From positions 1,216,001 to 1,280,000 of the forward strand of contig CBDCTZ010000014.1 of the NCBI GenBank assembly GCA_965222375.1: DNA of 64,000 nt, given 5' to 3'. Positions 1 to 8,290 of the stretch are shown in pieces (position 1 is the first letter of the stretch; every line of letters begins with the position of its first letter). The translations under genes and the position numbers were made by a program. Origin of the DNA: Polyangiaceae bacterium (GTDB taxonomy: Bacteria; Myxococcota_A; Polyangia; Polyangiales; Polyangiaceae). The notes below the pieces were generated by a model. The model saw only the letters and a list, made by a program, of their open reading frames with translations, ran no database searches and had not been told where the DNA came from.

Positions 1-569
1 TCGAGCTGCGTGAGCAATCGGTGGCTGACGCTGGGCCGCCCCGGCAAGAAACCGTCCTTGGATGCCGGGTCATCCACGCGCAGGTAGCGTCGCGCTTGGC
101 ACAGACCCTCGGAAGTCACGTCCACGCCGAAGGCGTCAGCCCCAGTGGACTCCAGGCTCAAGGCCTTCTCGAGCGCGCTCAGCCCTTCGCTGAAATACAG
201 TTTCAACCGAAGGGAGCCACCAGTGCACAAGACGCCACCATGCGCCTTGATGCCGGGAATCGCGAGAACTTCAGTCACGTGTTCATCACTGCCCAGGAAC
301 GCTTTGGCGAAGGACTTGGCACAATCGTCAAAGGGAACCGCCTTGGCCTGTTGGAACACGCTCAGGCCGTAGCTCGCGCCATCCCGCTTGGCTGGTAGCA
401 GCAAGCTGTGCGTCGGAGGTCCCTCCGACGACACCGGTCCCACACTTTCCGCCAGTTCGATCCACGGGTGCAATGCATGCGCATGGAAGGGCAGGCGGGC
501 CCGTTGGGCCATGAGGTCCAGCGCCGAGCGAAGTAAATCCCTGAAGGACGGCATGACGCTGGCCACCAT
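1..569 (-). CDS. Hypothetical protein, runs off left edge; possible paralog of the C-terminal domain of 717-1970
   Basis: Manual translation is open from ATG 569 (alternatives 554, 623) to the window edge: MVASVMPSFRDLLRSALDL...GGSLRLKLYFSE...DAFGVDVTSEGLCQARRYLR. It is absent from the ORF track because it has no stop in the window. Confidence 0.6.
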   Translation of the reverse strand, partial: MVASVMPSFRDLLRSALDLMAQRARLPFHAHALHPWIELAESVGPVSSEGPPTHSLLLPAKRDGASYGLSVFQQAKAVPFDDCAKSFAKAFLGSDEHVTEVLAIPGIKAHGGVLCTGGSLRLKLYFSEGLSALEKALSLESTGADAFGVDVTSEGLCQARRYLRVDDPASKDGFLPGRPSVSHRLLTQL

Positions 570-716
570 ACTTCGGCCGCGGGTCCCACGTGCAGAAGTT
601 GTGCAATTTTTGTCGTATCCCATCGCGCCCTACAGGCCGCTGGCGCCACGAAAGCTGCGGAGAAACTTGGATTTCGCATGCCTTGCGCCGGGGGCGAATC
701 GGCGCACCACACAGTG

Positions 717-1970
717 TCAACGTACGGACACGTGCGCGACCGCACTCTCGGCTCTGCCAGCGGCATCCACGTTCAGCCCGATCAAGTCCGGGTAGTAGTA
801 GTGGTGTGTCGCCGTGGCTGTTGCCAGGGACAACTCATCGAAGGCGCCCTGTACCGCCGCGTTCACCGGTCCATACTGCTCCAGCAGCGACGCCGCGAGG
901 GCGAAGGCTGAGCGCGAGTGCGCCGGGTCGTGGACTTCAGTCATGAACAGGAGCTTGCATCCGGCATCTGCTCCCCCCGCGTCCACCCGGTGGACGCGCA
1001 TGTAGCGTCGGGTGTTCATGACTGGGTGCCAAGGCAGTCGGGTTCGGACTTCGTTCAGACAGCTTGGGAGGGGAGCCGGAGTACTGCCTCGCCGCTCCAG
1101 CGTTACGTCGTAACATTTGGCGCCGACTGCGACGCCGTTTCGGTAGTCGATACAGACCGCGTTCGGCACATAGCCGTCCGCCAAGGGCGGCGGTTGCAGG
1201 CCCAACAGGCCAAACGTCGAAGCACGGATCTCGCTGCTCCGATCACTCTGGCTCAGTTCCTCGTAGTACAGAGACACTCGATCTGGTGTTGCGCTGCCAT
1301 CAAGATACTTCACGCCGACGGTTGTCTGAACTTCCCCGGGTGCGGCGACCGCGAAGAAATCCCGTAGGGCCTGCGGCTGACAACCCAAAACTGTGACGTG
1401 TCGTTTCAGCCGCTCTCGGAACGCTACGGGCTCCATCTTGTCGTTGACTGAAAACCGGGCGTGTCGTCCCGGCCCAGAGACGAAGGAAACGTCTAGTTTG
1501 AAGGTCGCCGCAGCTCGGGAAAGCAGCGCGGGCGCCACGAAGGGTTGCCACGCCCCCGAGCGGCCATGACAGGCTTCGAAGGCCCCCATCAAGCCCCGCC
1601 AAAACGGCTCTGGTACTGTCACCGCCGCCTCTGGCTCTGCAAGGGCAGCGGCCAATCGGGGCAACTCGGTCAGTGCAGAAGCCGTCCCTGGTCGGGACCG
1701 CGCGAGCTGAGTGACGCTGCTCTGGAGCCGCGTTAGCGAGATGCCGCTCAACTCCGCGGCCCGCGCCAGGTCGGCGCACTCGGCGTCGCCGGAGGAGAGA
1801 GCCGAGAGCAGCCCGCGCAGCAACCACGCTTCCACACATTGTGGGTGCAGCCGCAGCAGTACATCCAGATGCAGCCGAGCGGCCGGCGCATCGGCTTTTT
1901 TCAGCTGTTTGAGCGCCTGTTTCAGGCGCTGTCGGCCCTCTGGAGAGAGGTTGGGGTTGGGAGCCACCAT
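717..1970 (-). CDS. TPR-like N-terminus plus unknown alpha/beta C-terminal domain (417 aa)
   Basis: Start moved to ATG 1970 (MVAPNPNLS) to avoid overlap with the divergent gene. TPR-like segment AARLHLDVLLRLHPQCVEAWLLRGLL. Confidence 0.7.
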   Translation of the reverse strand: MVAPNPNLSPEGRQRLKQALKQLKKADAPAARLHLDVLLRLHPQCVEAWLLRGLLSALSSGDAECADLARAAELSGISLTRLQSSVTQLARSRPGTASALTELPRLAAALAEPEAAVTVPEPFWRGLMGAFEACHGRSGAWQPFVAPALLSRAAATFKLDVSFVSGPGRHARFSVNDKMEPVAFRERLKRHVTVLGCQPQALRDFFAVAAPGEVQTTVGVKYLDGSATPDRVSLYYEELSQSDRSSEIRASTFGLLGLQPPPLADGYVPNAVCIDYRNGVAVGAKCYDVTLERRGSTPAPLPSCLNEVRTRLPWHPVMNTRRYMRVHRVDAGGADAGCKLLFMTEVHDPAHSRSAFALAASLLEQYGPVNAAVQGAFDELSLATATATHHYYYPDLIGLNVDAAGRAESAVAHVSVR

Positions 1971-2051
1971 GCAAAAGGGAGTCTCGCCTTTGCACGTGCC
2001 GTTCGCCAGGATATCCTTTTGAGGTCGCAAGTTTTGCGACAAGGAGGATCG

Positions 2052-2534
2052 GTGAAGCGACGCGACTTCTTCCAGGGGCTGTTGGCCGGTGCGGCCGCGC
2101 TCACTGCTGCACGGCAGGTCGGTGCTGCTGTTGCAGATTCTTGGGCCTCTCGGGATGCCTCGGAGGTTCTGCCCTTGATTGCCCCCTTGAGCATTGGGTC
2201 GGAAGTTGGACTTGGCTGGCGCTTGGTTGCCCTCTCCGGCGTGGAGGCCGGGGCAGCCGTGCTGACTCTCCGCAAGGCCGCGCGTTTCGCCCGCGTGCAT
2301 GTATGTCGTCTCGATGGGAACCCACGTGGCATGGCCCACAGCGACAGCTTGGATTTCTTGCTGATGAACGACGGCAACGGCGCCAACCCCACCGACGAGG
2401 GGCTAGCCCGAGTGGTGAACGTCCTGTCAGAGCTGGTGACCAAGAACGAGCGCGCAGGAGCCGGTGTCCCCCAAGGTTTGCTTTCGCATGCGACCCGTCT
2501 GGAGGCTTTCGCTTCCTGCGGCAAGTTAGCTTGA
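2052..2534 (+). CDS. Tat-signal exported hypothetical protein, first gene of the HXS operon
   Basis: AAGGAGG RBS at 2041-2047, GTG at 2052, twin-arginine signal MKRRDFFQGLLAGAAALTAA. Lies 13 bp upstream of hxsD. Confidence 0.8.
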   Translation: MKRRDFFQGLLAGAAALTAARQVGAAVADSWASRDASEVLPLIAPLSIGSEVGLGWRLVALSGVEAGAAVLTLRKAARFARVHVCRLDGNPRGMAHSDSLDFLLMNDGNGANPTDEGLARVVNVLSELVTKNERAGAGVPQGLLSHATRLEAFASCGKLA

Positions 2535-2547
2535 GTAAGCCAAGCGC

Positions 2548-3045
2548 ATGACAGACAGCGCACAGTCCGAGCCGGAAGTGGAAGATTTCACCTTCGAGCT
2601 TGGAGAACGCGAGGTGAGTTTTCGGCTGGATGAGGAGCTGTACGCTCTCGACGCCATTTATGGCGCCAGCTATTTGTTCATCGATCGCTGCTACGTGTTT
2701 CTGTCGCGACCCTCGGAGCGCTCGGTGCAGGTACGTCTCCGTACGAAGGAGGCTAGTAGCGAAGCCGAGCTAGAGGCTCTGGCCGGAGAATTCGCCAACG
2801 AGCTGCTCAATAGCCAGTTGCGCTATCGCATTGGCCGCGCCACCGCCGGAATCCGCGAGCAATACATGGCTCGAGCATTCTTCGGCACCGGGCCCTCGTC
2901 GACAATTCAGGATCTCCTGGCGGAACTCGATGCCGAAGAGCTGGCTGAGGACACTTTGGAGGTGCCCGTGCCCTGGAAGGAACCAGCGGACACCAAGGAC
3001 GAGACCCAAGCCGACGCCAAGGATGCAGAGGCTTCCGATGGCTGA
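2548..3045 (+). CDS. hxsD: His-Xaa-Ser system protein HxsD
   Basis: LDEELYALDAIYGASYLFIDRCYV...GEFANELLNSQLRYRI...IRE...ARAF matches the HxsD pattern. Acidic C-terminal tail. Located next to HxsB and an HxS precursor. Confidence 0.85.
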   Translation: MTDSAQSEPEVEDFTFELGEREVSFRLDEELYALDAIYGASYLFIDRCYVFLSRPSERSVQVRLRTKEASSEAELEALAGEFANELLNSQLRYRIGRATAGIREQYMARAFFGTGPSSTIQDLLAELDAEELAEDTLEVPVPWKEPADTKDETQADAKDAEASDG

Positions 3046-3256
3046 GCAGCTGGTGTTCGCTCGTTCCCTCTATGCCCGACAGGCCGTGGAGCAGGCAGCC
3101 AAGGACTTCGCCGAGCTTGCCAAGATCGAAGTGAAGGTTCGCGACGACGAGGTCGAGCTGTCCATCACGGAGCCAGATCCGGATGTGGCGCACGTGATCC
3201 TGGACGAAATCGCGAATCACGCCCTTTTTCTCACCGTCGGCACGACTCGGGGCTGA
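3038..3256 (+). CDS. HxsD-like small protein (72 aa)
   Basis: ATG overlaps the hxsD stop (ATGGCTGA). FARSLYARQAV...DEIANHAL parallels HxsD LDEELYALDAI...GEFANELL. Confidence 0.75.
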   Translation: MAEQLVFARSLYARQAVEQAAKDFAELAKIEVKVRDDEVELSITEPDPDVAHVILDEIANHALFLTVGTTRG

Positions 3257-3259
3257 AGC

Positions 3260-4765
3260 ATGTCAGCGCGAACCATCTCCCTGCGGCGCCTCCCTCTGGT
3301 CGAGGACAAACTCGCACACTTCCGCTACGGCAAGGTGGCTGGCAGGTACCTGATCACCAACGATATGGGCGCCTGGCACTTCCTAGGCGAAGAAACCTTT
3401 GGCGACTTCATGGCTGGGCGCATCGGATCGGGTCATGCGGAGTACGCCGCCCTAAATGAAAAAGGCTTTCTGCGCGAGGGCTTCGACATCGACCGGGCGG
3501 CGGCCCAAATGCAGCGCAAGAAGAGGTTCGTGGGGCAGGGGCCCCACTTGCACATCGTCATCACGACCCTGCGCTGTAACCAGTCTTGCAAATACTGCCA
3601 CGCGTCTCGCACGAATATGGACCAGGTCGATACGGACATGTCCTTGGAGACGGCGAAACAGGTGGTCGACCTAGCGATGCAGAGCCCATCGCCCTACATC
3701 AATTTCGAATTCCAGGGCGGCGAGCCGACTGTGAACATGGCGGCGCTGCGCTTCATCGTCGAGTACAGCCGCGAAAAGAACAAGTACGAGAACAAGCAAC
3801 TCGAGCACTCCCTCGTTACGAACATGACGTACATGACCGAGGAAAACGCCGGGTGGCTGATCGAAAACGAGGTACTGGTCTGCACCAGCCTGGACGGCCC
3901 CGAGGAGCTCCACAACTACAACCGCACCTGGCGCCAGGGCAGCAACGCCTACGCCAACGTTCGCAAGTGGATCGACTACTTCAACCGACGCTACGTTGAG
4001 CTGGGGAAGGACCCGCAGCTTTGGCATGTGGACGCCCTGATGACGACGTCCCGCAAGACCTTCGATCATTGGAAGGAAGTGGTCGACCTCTACCTCGAGC
4101 TCGGCATGCACACCATCTTCTTGCGGCCACTCAATCCCTACGGCTTCGCGCTGGATACCTGGAAGCGAATTGGCTACAGCGTCGACGAGTACTTGGAGTT
4201 TTACAAACAGGCCTTCGACTACATCGTCCAGAAGAACTTGGAAGGTAAGGAAATCGTCGAAGGCACTGCCGCGACGTTCTTGACCAAGATTCTCACCGCA
4301 GACGATCCGAATTTCGTGGACATCTTGTCACCCTGCGGCGCCGGCACCGGTCAGGTTGCCTACAACTACGATGGCAAGATCTTCACTTGTGACGAGGCGC
4401 GAATGACCAGCGCCATGGGCAACGACATGTTCCAGATCGGCGAGGTGGACCAGACCAGCTACGCCGAGATGCACGGGCACCCCACGGTCCGGGCGATGGC
4501 CGTGGCCTCACTGCAAGACTCCCTCCCAAGCTGCGATACCTGCTGGAACAAGCCTTTTTGTGGGGTTTGTCCCATGCACAACTACATGACCAGCGGCGAT
4601 ATTTTCGGCCAGCGGCCCAATTCGCCGAAATGCAAAGAACATTATACAATTGCATCAGTGCTGTTCGAGCGCTTGGCAAACGACACGGACGGCTCCTTGG
4701 AGAAGATTTTTCGTCGTTGGACCCTCACTCGGCCTAGGGAGCTCTCGTCGGACTGCAAATTGTGA
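3260..4765 (+). CDS. hxsB: His-Xaa-Ser system radical SAM/SPASM maturase HxsB
   Basis: LHIVITTLRCNQSCKYCHAS (CxxxCxxC), EFQGGEP, SPCGAGTGQVAYNYDGKIFTCDE and CDTCWNKPFCGVCP SPASM cysteines. RRE-like N-terminus. Confidence 0.9.
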   Translation: MSARTISLRRLPLVEDKLAHFRYGKVAGRYLITNDMGAWHFLGEETFGDFMAGRIGSGHAEYAALNEKGFLREGFDIDRAAAQMQRKKRFVGQGPHLHIVITTLRCNQSCKYCHASRTNMDQVDTDMSLETAKQVVDLAMQSPSPYINFEFQGGEPTVNMAALRFIVEYSREKNKYENKQLEHSLVTNMTYMTEENAGWLIENEVLVCTSLDGPEELHNYNRTWRQGSNAYANVRKWIDYFNRRYVELGKDPQLWHVDALMTTSRKTFDHWKEVVDLYLELGMHTIFLRPLNPYGFALDTWKRIGYSVDEYLEFYKQAFDYIVQKNLEGKEIVEGTAATFLTKILTADDPNFVDILSPCGAGTGQVAYNYDGKIFTCDEARMTSAMGNDMFQIGEVDQTSYAEMHGHPTVRAMAVASLQDSLPSCDTCWNKPFCGVCPMHNYMTSGDIFGQRPNSPKCKEHYTIASVLFERLANDTDGSLEKIFRRWTLTRPRELSSDCKL

Positions 4766-4795
4766 CCGACAGGAAACAGGGACTCAGGTGAACGC

Positions 4796-5044
4796 ATGAA
4801 GAAGAAGGACTGGGAAAAGAAACTGCCCAAGCGGGACCGCAAGCCCGAGGATTTCATGCAGTCCGAGGAGAAGCGCCAGGCGAACGAGCCCAGCGATACC
4901 GGTGACCTGCTGAAACGCGCCGATGGGAAGCAGGACTTGGATGGCATCGAACGTGGCTTCAACGCGCACGCTTCGCACGCCTCCCACGGTTCTCACGGCT
5001 CCCACGGCTCGCACGGCTCGCACGGCTCGCACGGGCAGTGGTAA
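4796..5044 (+). CDS. hxsA: His-Xaa-Ser repeat precursor peptide (HxsA-type), 82 aa
   Basis: Charged leader followed by HAS-HAS-HGS-HGS-HGS-HGS-HGS-HGQW, located between radical SAM genes. Confidence 0.85.
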   Translation: MKKKDWEKKLPKRDRKPEDFMQSEEKRQANEPSDTGDLLKRADGKQDLDGIERGFNAHASHASHGSHGSHGSHGSHGSHGQW

Positions 5045-6012
5045 GCAGCCTCGTACTCACCGTTACTCGACGCTGCAATCTTCGCTGTAGTTACTGCCCG
5101 ACCGCGAAGGACGGCTTCCCGTCTCTTTCTCGCGTAGACGCGCTACGAGCACTCGACCTTTTCTCGGACAACTTCGGTGGTGGTGACATCAAGCTGTTTG
5201 GGGGAGAACCACTGCTCGAAGCCGACACCGTCCGCGCGGTCATCGAGGCCGCCGAAAATAGTCCGGCCATTCGCCGAGTCTACCTTTCCACCAACGGTCT
5301 GGGTCTGAGCGAAGACTGGCTGAGTTTCCTCGCGGCTCAGCCCAAGACGATTCTCACCCTTTCGCTGGATGGTCGACCCGAGGACCATCGCCGATTGCGC
5401 CGCGCTCTGCCTCAGGTTCCAGATGTCTACGATCACGTTCAGACACTGCTGCCCAGGCTGCTTCGCTTGCCTCGGCTGGTGGTGACGCAAACCATCGCGC
5501 CGTCCACGGCCCATGCCGCCCACGACAACTTTGCTCATCTGATGGCCCTTGGCTTCAGGCGTTTCAATTTGCTGCCCGGCTATTACCTGAAGTGGAAACG
5601 AGAGCAGCTCCTGGCGCTGCGGCGGGGTTTCACGGACATTGCGGCCGACGTGGTGGCATGTTGGCGGCGCGGCGAGCACGTCTACGTTCGCAACCTCTTC
5701 ACTTGGGCGCCAACACCCTTCTTCAACACCGGCCTGGTTGTGGATTCGGACGGAAGTGTGCATCCGAACAACTTGGGCTTGTCCGCGGCGCTGACGGATA
5801 TGCTGGATGAAACGAAGGTGGGCAGTCTGGACGAACCACCTACACCGTCGGAGCTGTCCGACAAGGCACAGCAGATCAACGGATTGCTGGCGCATCGGCT
5901 GCCCCCGGACGTGTGGGAGTCCACGCAGCAGGTTGACCACGAGCTGACTCAGTTCTGCGCCAGCCTGTACGGAGAGTTCGCTGCCTATCGTCGGCGCAGA
6001 AGGGCAGCATGA
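5038..6012 (+). CDS. Radical SAM protein with Cys-less degenerate SPASM/Twitch-like region
   Basis: CNLRCSYC, LFGGEP, STNG, LSLDG. The GTG start overlaps the end of the precursor gene. Confidence 0.85.
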   Translation: MVSSLVLTVTRRCNLRCSYCPTAKDGFPSLSRVDALRALDLFSDNFGGGDIKLFGGEPLLEADTVRAVIEAAENSPAIRRVYLSTNGLGLSEDWLSFLAAQPKTILTLSLDGRPEDHRRLRRALPQVPDVYDHVQTLLPRLLRLPRLVVTQTIAPSTAHAAHDNFAHLMALGFRRFNLLPGYYLKWKREQLLALRRGFTDIAADVVACWRRGEHVYVRNLFTWAPTPFFNTGLVVDSDGSVHPNNLGLSAALTDMLDETKVGSLDEPPTPSELSDKAQQINGLLAHRLPPDVWESTQQVDHELTQFCASLYGEFAAYRRRRRAA

Positions 6013-6013
6013 C

Positions 6014-7030
6014 ATGACCCACTTGCCCGTGTTGCAGGACGCGCCTGCCGCGCCGATGCTCCAGGAAACACCCGATCCCGACCGGCCCTGGATTGGCCCA
6101 GGCGGTCGGGTGATGGAGCGCCTGGAGCTTCATCTCACCTACACCTGTCCGGAGCGCTGTCTCTTCTGCTCCGAAGAGCACCGAATGGCTGCCTATCGCG
6201 CCTATCCGGTGACTTGGGGGCGTATCGCGTCCGTGCTGCGCATCCACGCCGAGCGGGGCGTCAAGAACGTGCACCTCACAGGAGGCGAGCCCACGATCCA
6301 CCCCAAGTTCGTAGAGACTCTGAAGCTCGCGAAAAAGCTGGGCATGCGCACTAGTGTGGGCACGATCGGAACCAAGCTTGCTGACGAGGCTTTCGCGAGG
6401 CGAGCATTGCCGCACCTCGATGAAGCGCTGTTCTCCCTGCACGCGCCGGTCGCGGTGCTTCACGACGCTCTGACTGGGCGCGAGGGCAGCTTCGAGACCG
6501 TGACGCGGGCTCTCACGCTGAGCCGCAAGGTGCGCCCGGAGTTCAAGGCCTACGTCAACACAGTAGTCACCCAGCGCAACGTCGATGTCCTCGGGGATAC
6601 GGTCGCCTACGCCGACGAGCTGGGCGCGCATCTCATCGTGGTCAGCAACACGACTCCCGAAGGCGGGGGATTGTCCCACTACGACAAGCTCGCGGTGCCC
6701 TTGCAGCGCCTCCGGCAAGTCCTTCCGACCGTAGCCGAGCGAGCCAAGACCGCAATCGTGCGTTTCTTTGGCGTGCCCATGTGCTTGTTGGGTGACTCGG
6801 CGATGCTCAGCAATGACTTGCATTGGGATCCCCGCGTGACCGTGGAGTGGCAGAGCCGCCCCGGAAAGGTGATCTTCGACGGCCTGTACAATTGGGCGCC
6901 GGATCGCAAGCGCGTTCATGTGGACGCTTGCAAGCGGTGTGACCGACGTGCGGTTTGCATGGGCGTATTCGACGCCTACGCCGAGAGGTTTTCCACGGAG
7001 GCTCTGGCTCCCTATCGAGGCGTGCAGTGA
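6014..7030 (+). CDS. Radical SAM protein, HxsC-like
   Basis: CPERCLFC, LTGGEPT, GVPMC, and C-terminal CKRCDRRAVCMG (CxxCx5CxG). Confidence 0.85.
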   Translation: MTHLPVLQDAPAAPMLQETPDPDRPWIGPGGRVMERLELHLTYTCPERCLFCSEEHRMAAYRAYPVTWGRIASVLRIHAERGVKNVHLTGGEPTIHPKFVETLKLAKKLGMRTSVGTIGTKLADEAFARRALPHLDEALFSLHAPVAVLHDALTGREGSFETVTRALTLSRKVRPEFKAYVNTVVTQRNVDVLGDTVAYADELGAHLIVVSNTTPEGGGLSHYDKLAVPLQRLRQVLPTVAERAKTAIVRFFGVPMCLLGDSAMLSNDLHWDPRVTVEWQSRPGKVIFDGLYNWAPDRKRVHVDACKRCDRRAVCMGVFDAYAERFSTEALAPYRGVQ

Positions 7031-8190
7031 GCCAGAGAGCACATGCCTTGGCGGCTCCTGCCGCAAACCAAGAGAAGAGCGAGCTGCGCGACCTCCGTCG
7101 GAATGTCGAGATCAACGTCGGCAAGTCCTGCAACAACAAGTGCGTGTTTTGCCTCGACGGCATGCCCTCCAACGAGGACAAGAAGTTCATCGACTTCGAG
7201 GCAATGAAAGAGGAGCTGACACGCTTTCGCGCCGAGGGCTTCGAGTCGGTGGGGTTTCTCGGCGGCGAGCCCACCACCTACTCGAAGATTGGCGAAAGCA
7301 TCGCCTTTGCCCGAGATCTTGGCTACACGCGCATCGCGCTGGCGACGAACGCCATGATGTTTCGCCGTCAGGATTTCGTGGACGAACTGGTCTCGGCAGG
7401 GCTCACGCGGGTCACCATCTCGATGCACGGCCACACTGCTGCCCTGGAAGACCGGCTCACCGCGGTGCCAGGTGGCTTCGAGAAGAAGTGCGCGGCCATT
7501 CGCAACTTGCAGCACAAGCAGCGACAGGGCGCTCTTCGGGACGGCCTCAGCGTCAACATCGTGCTCAATGGCTGGAACTACCGAGCACTGCCGAAGATGT
7601 TGCGTTTCTTCTTCGAGACCATGAGCCTCGCGGACATGCGCGTGAATTTCATTCGCCCCGAGGGCTACGCCGTAGGCAACGCTGACCTCACCCCCACGCT
7701 GACGGATGTGATGCCGGTGCTGATGAAGGCCGTGGTGCTCAACGAGTACCACTTCAAGAAGGAGCTCAGCTTCGGTGGCCTGCCACTTTGCATGTTCCCT
7801 CAAGAGTTTCTCGGCAACCGTCACGTGCTCGAGCGCTACTTGGGTGATGTGTATCGAGATCTTTCGACCAGCTGCTCGATTCGCACCGAAGGGGTCGAAA
7901 CCGGCGTTGCTCTAACCGAAAAGGGTCGTTCCCGTTTCAACTGGCAAGACCGCAAGCGATACGACTTGAAGGATAAGCCCCTTCGCTGTCGGCGCTGCAG
8001 CCTCGACTCGGTCTGCGAGGGCCTGTGGATGGGTTACTCGGATATCTATGGCAGTGACGAACTGTCTCCTCTGTTGTTGGACGCGGGTCGCCTCGTCCGA
8101 GAGCAGCCGGCGCCCACGGTGCCGCCGAGCCCAAAGAAAAGCGCCGTCCCCGACAAACTCCCGCGTCGCCTGACCGTGCTGTCCGTCTGA
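7027..8190 (+). CDS. Radical SAM protein, HxsC-like (second paralog)
   Basis: GTGA overlap with the previous stop. CNNKCVFC, FLGGEPT, GLPLC, and C-terminal CRRCSLDSVCEG. Confidence 0.85.
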   Translation: MSQRAHALAAPAANQEKSELRDLRRNVEINVGKSCNNKCVFCLDGMPSNEDKKFIDFEAMKEELTRFRAEGFESVGFLGGEPTTYSKIGESIAFARDLGYTRIALATNAMMFRRQDFVDELVSAGLTRVTISMHGHTAALEDRLTAVPGGFEKKCAAIRNLQHKQRQGALRDGLSVNIVLNGWNYRALPKMLRFFFETMSLADMRVNFIRPEGYAVGNADLTPTLTDVMPVLMKAVVLNEYHFKKELSFGGLPLCMFPQEFLGNRHVLERYLGDVYRDLSTSCSIRTEGVETGVALTEKGRSRFNWQDRKRYDLKDKPLRCRRCSLDSVCEGLWMGYSDIYGSDELSPLLLDAGRLVREQPAPTVPPSPKKSAVPDKLPRRLTVLSV

Positions 8191-8242
8191 GAGCCGCGCG
8201 ACGGCCAGTGCGTTGGCGCCGCCGACCGGCACCGCCGACCGC

Positions 8243-8273
8243 AATGCATCGGGGTTGACGATGTAATGCACCG
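8243..8273. promoter_or_regulatory. Candidate MarR operator/promoter
   Basis: Imperfect inverted repeat TGCATCG-N7-CGATGTA overlapping TTGACG, plus direct repeat AATGCA(T/C)CG, just upstream of the MarR gene. Confidence 0.3.
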
Positions 8274-8290
8274 AAACGACCCTACGACCC

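Noticed and set aside
1971..2339. N-terminal extension of the 540-aa track ORF, and the 1839 start of the plus-strand ORF
   Set aside because: The two extensions overlap each other. Better starts exist at 1970 (minus) and 2052 (plus, with RBS and Tat signal).
4784..5032. Antisense ORF with RAV repeats
   Set aside because: It is the mirror of the HxS precursor codons.
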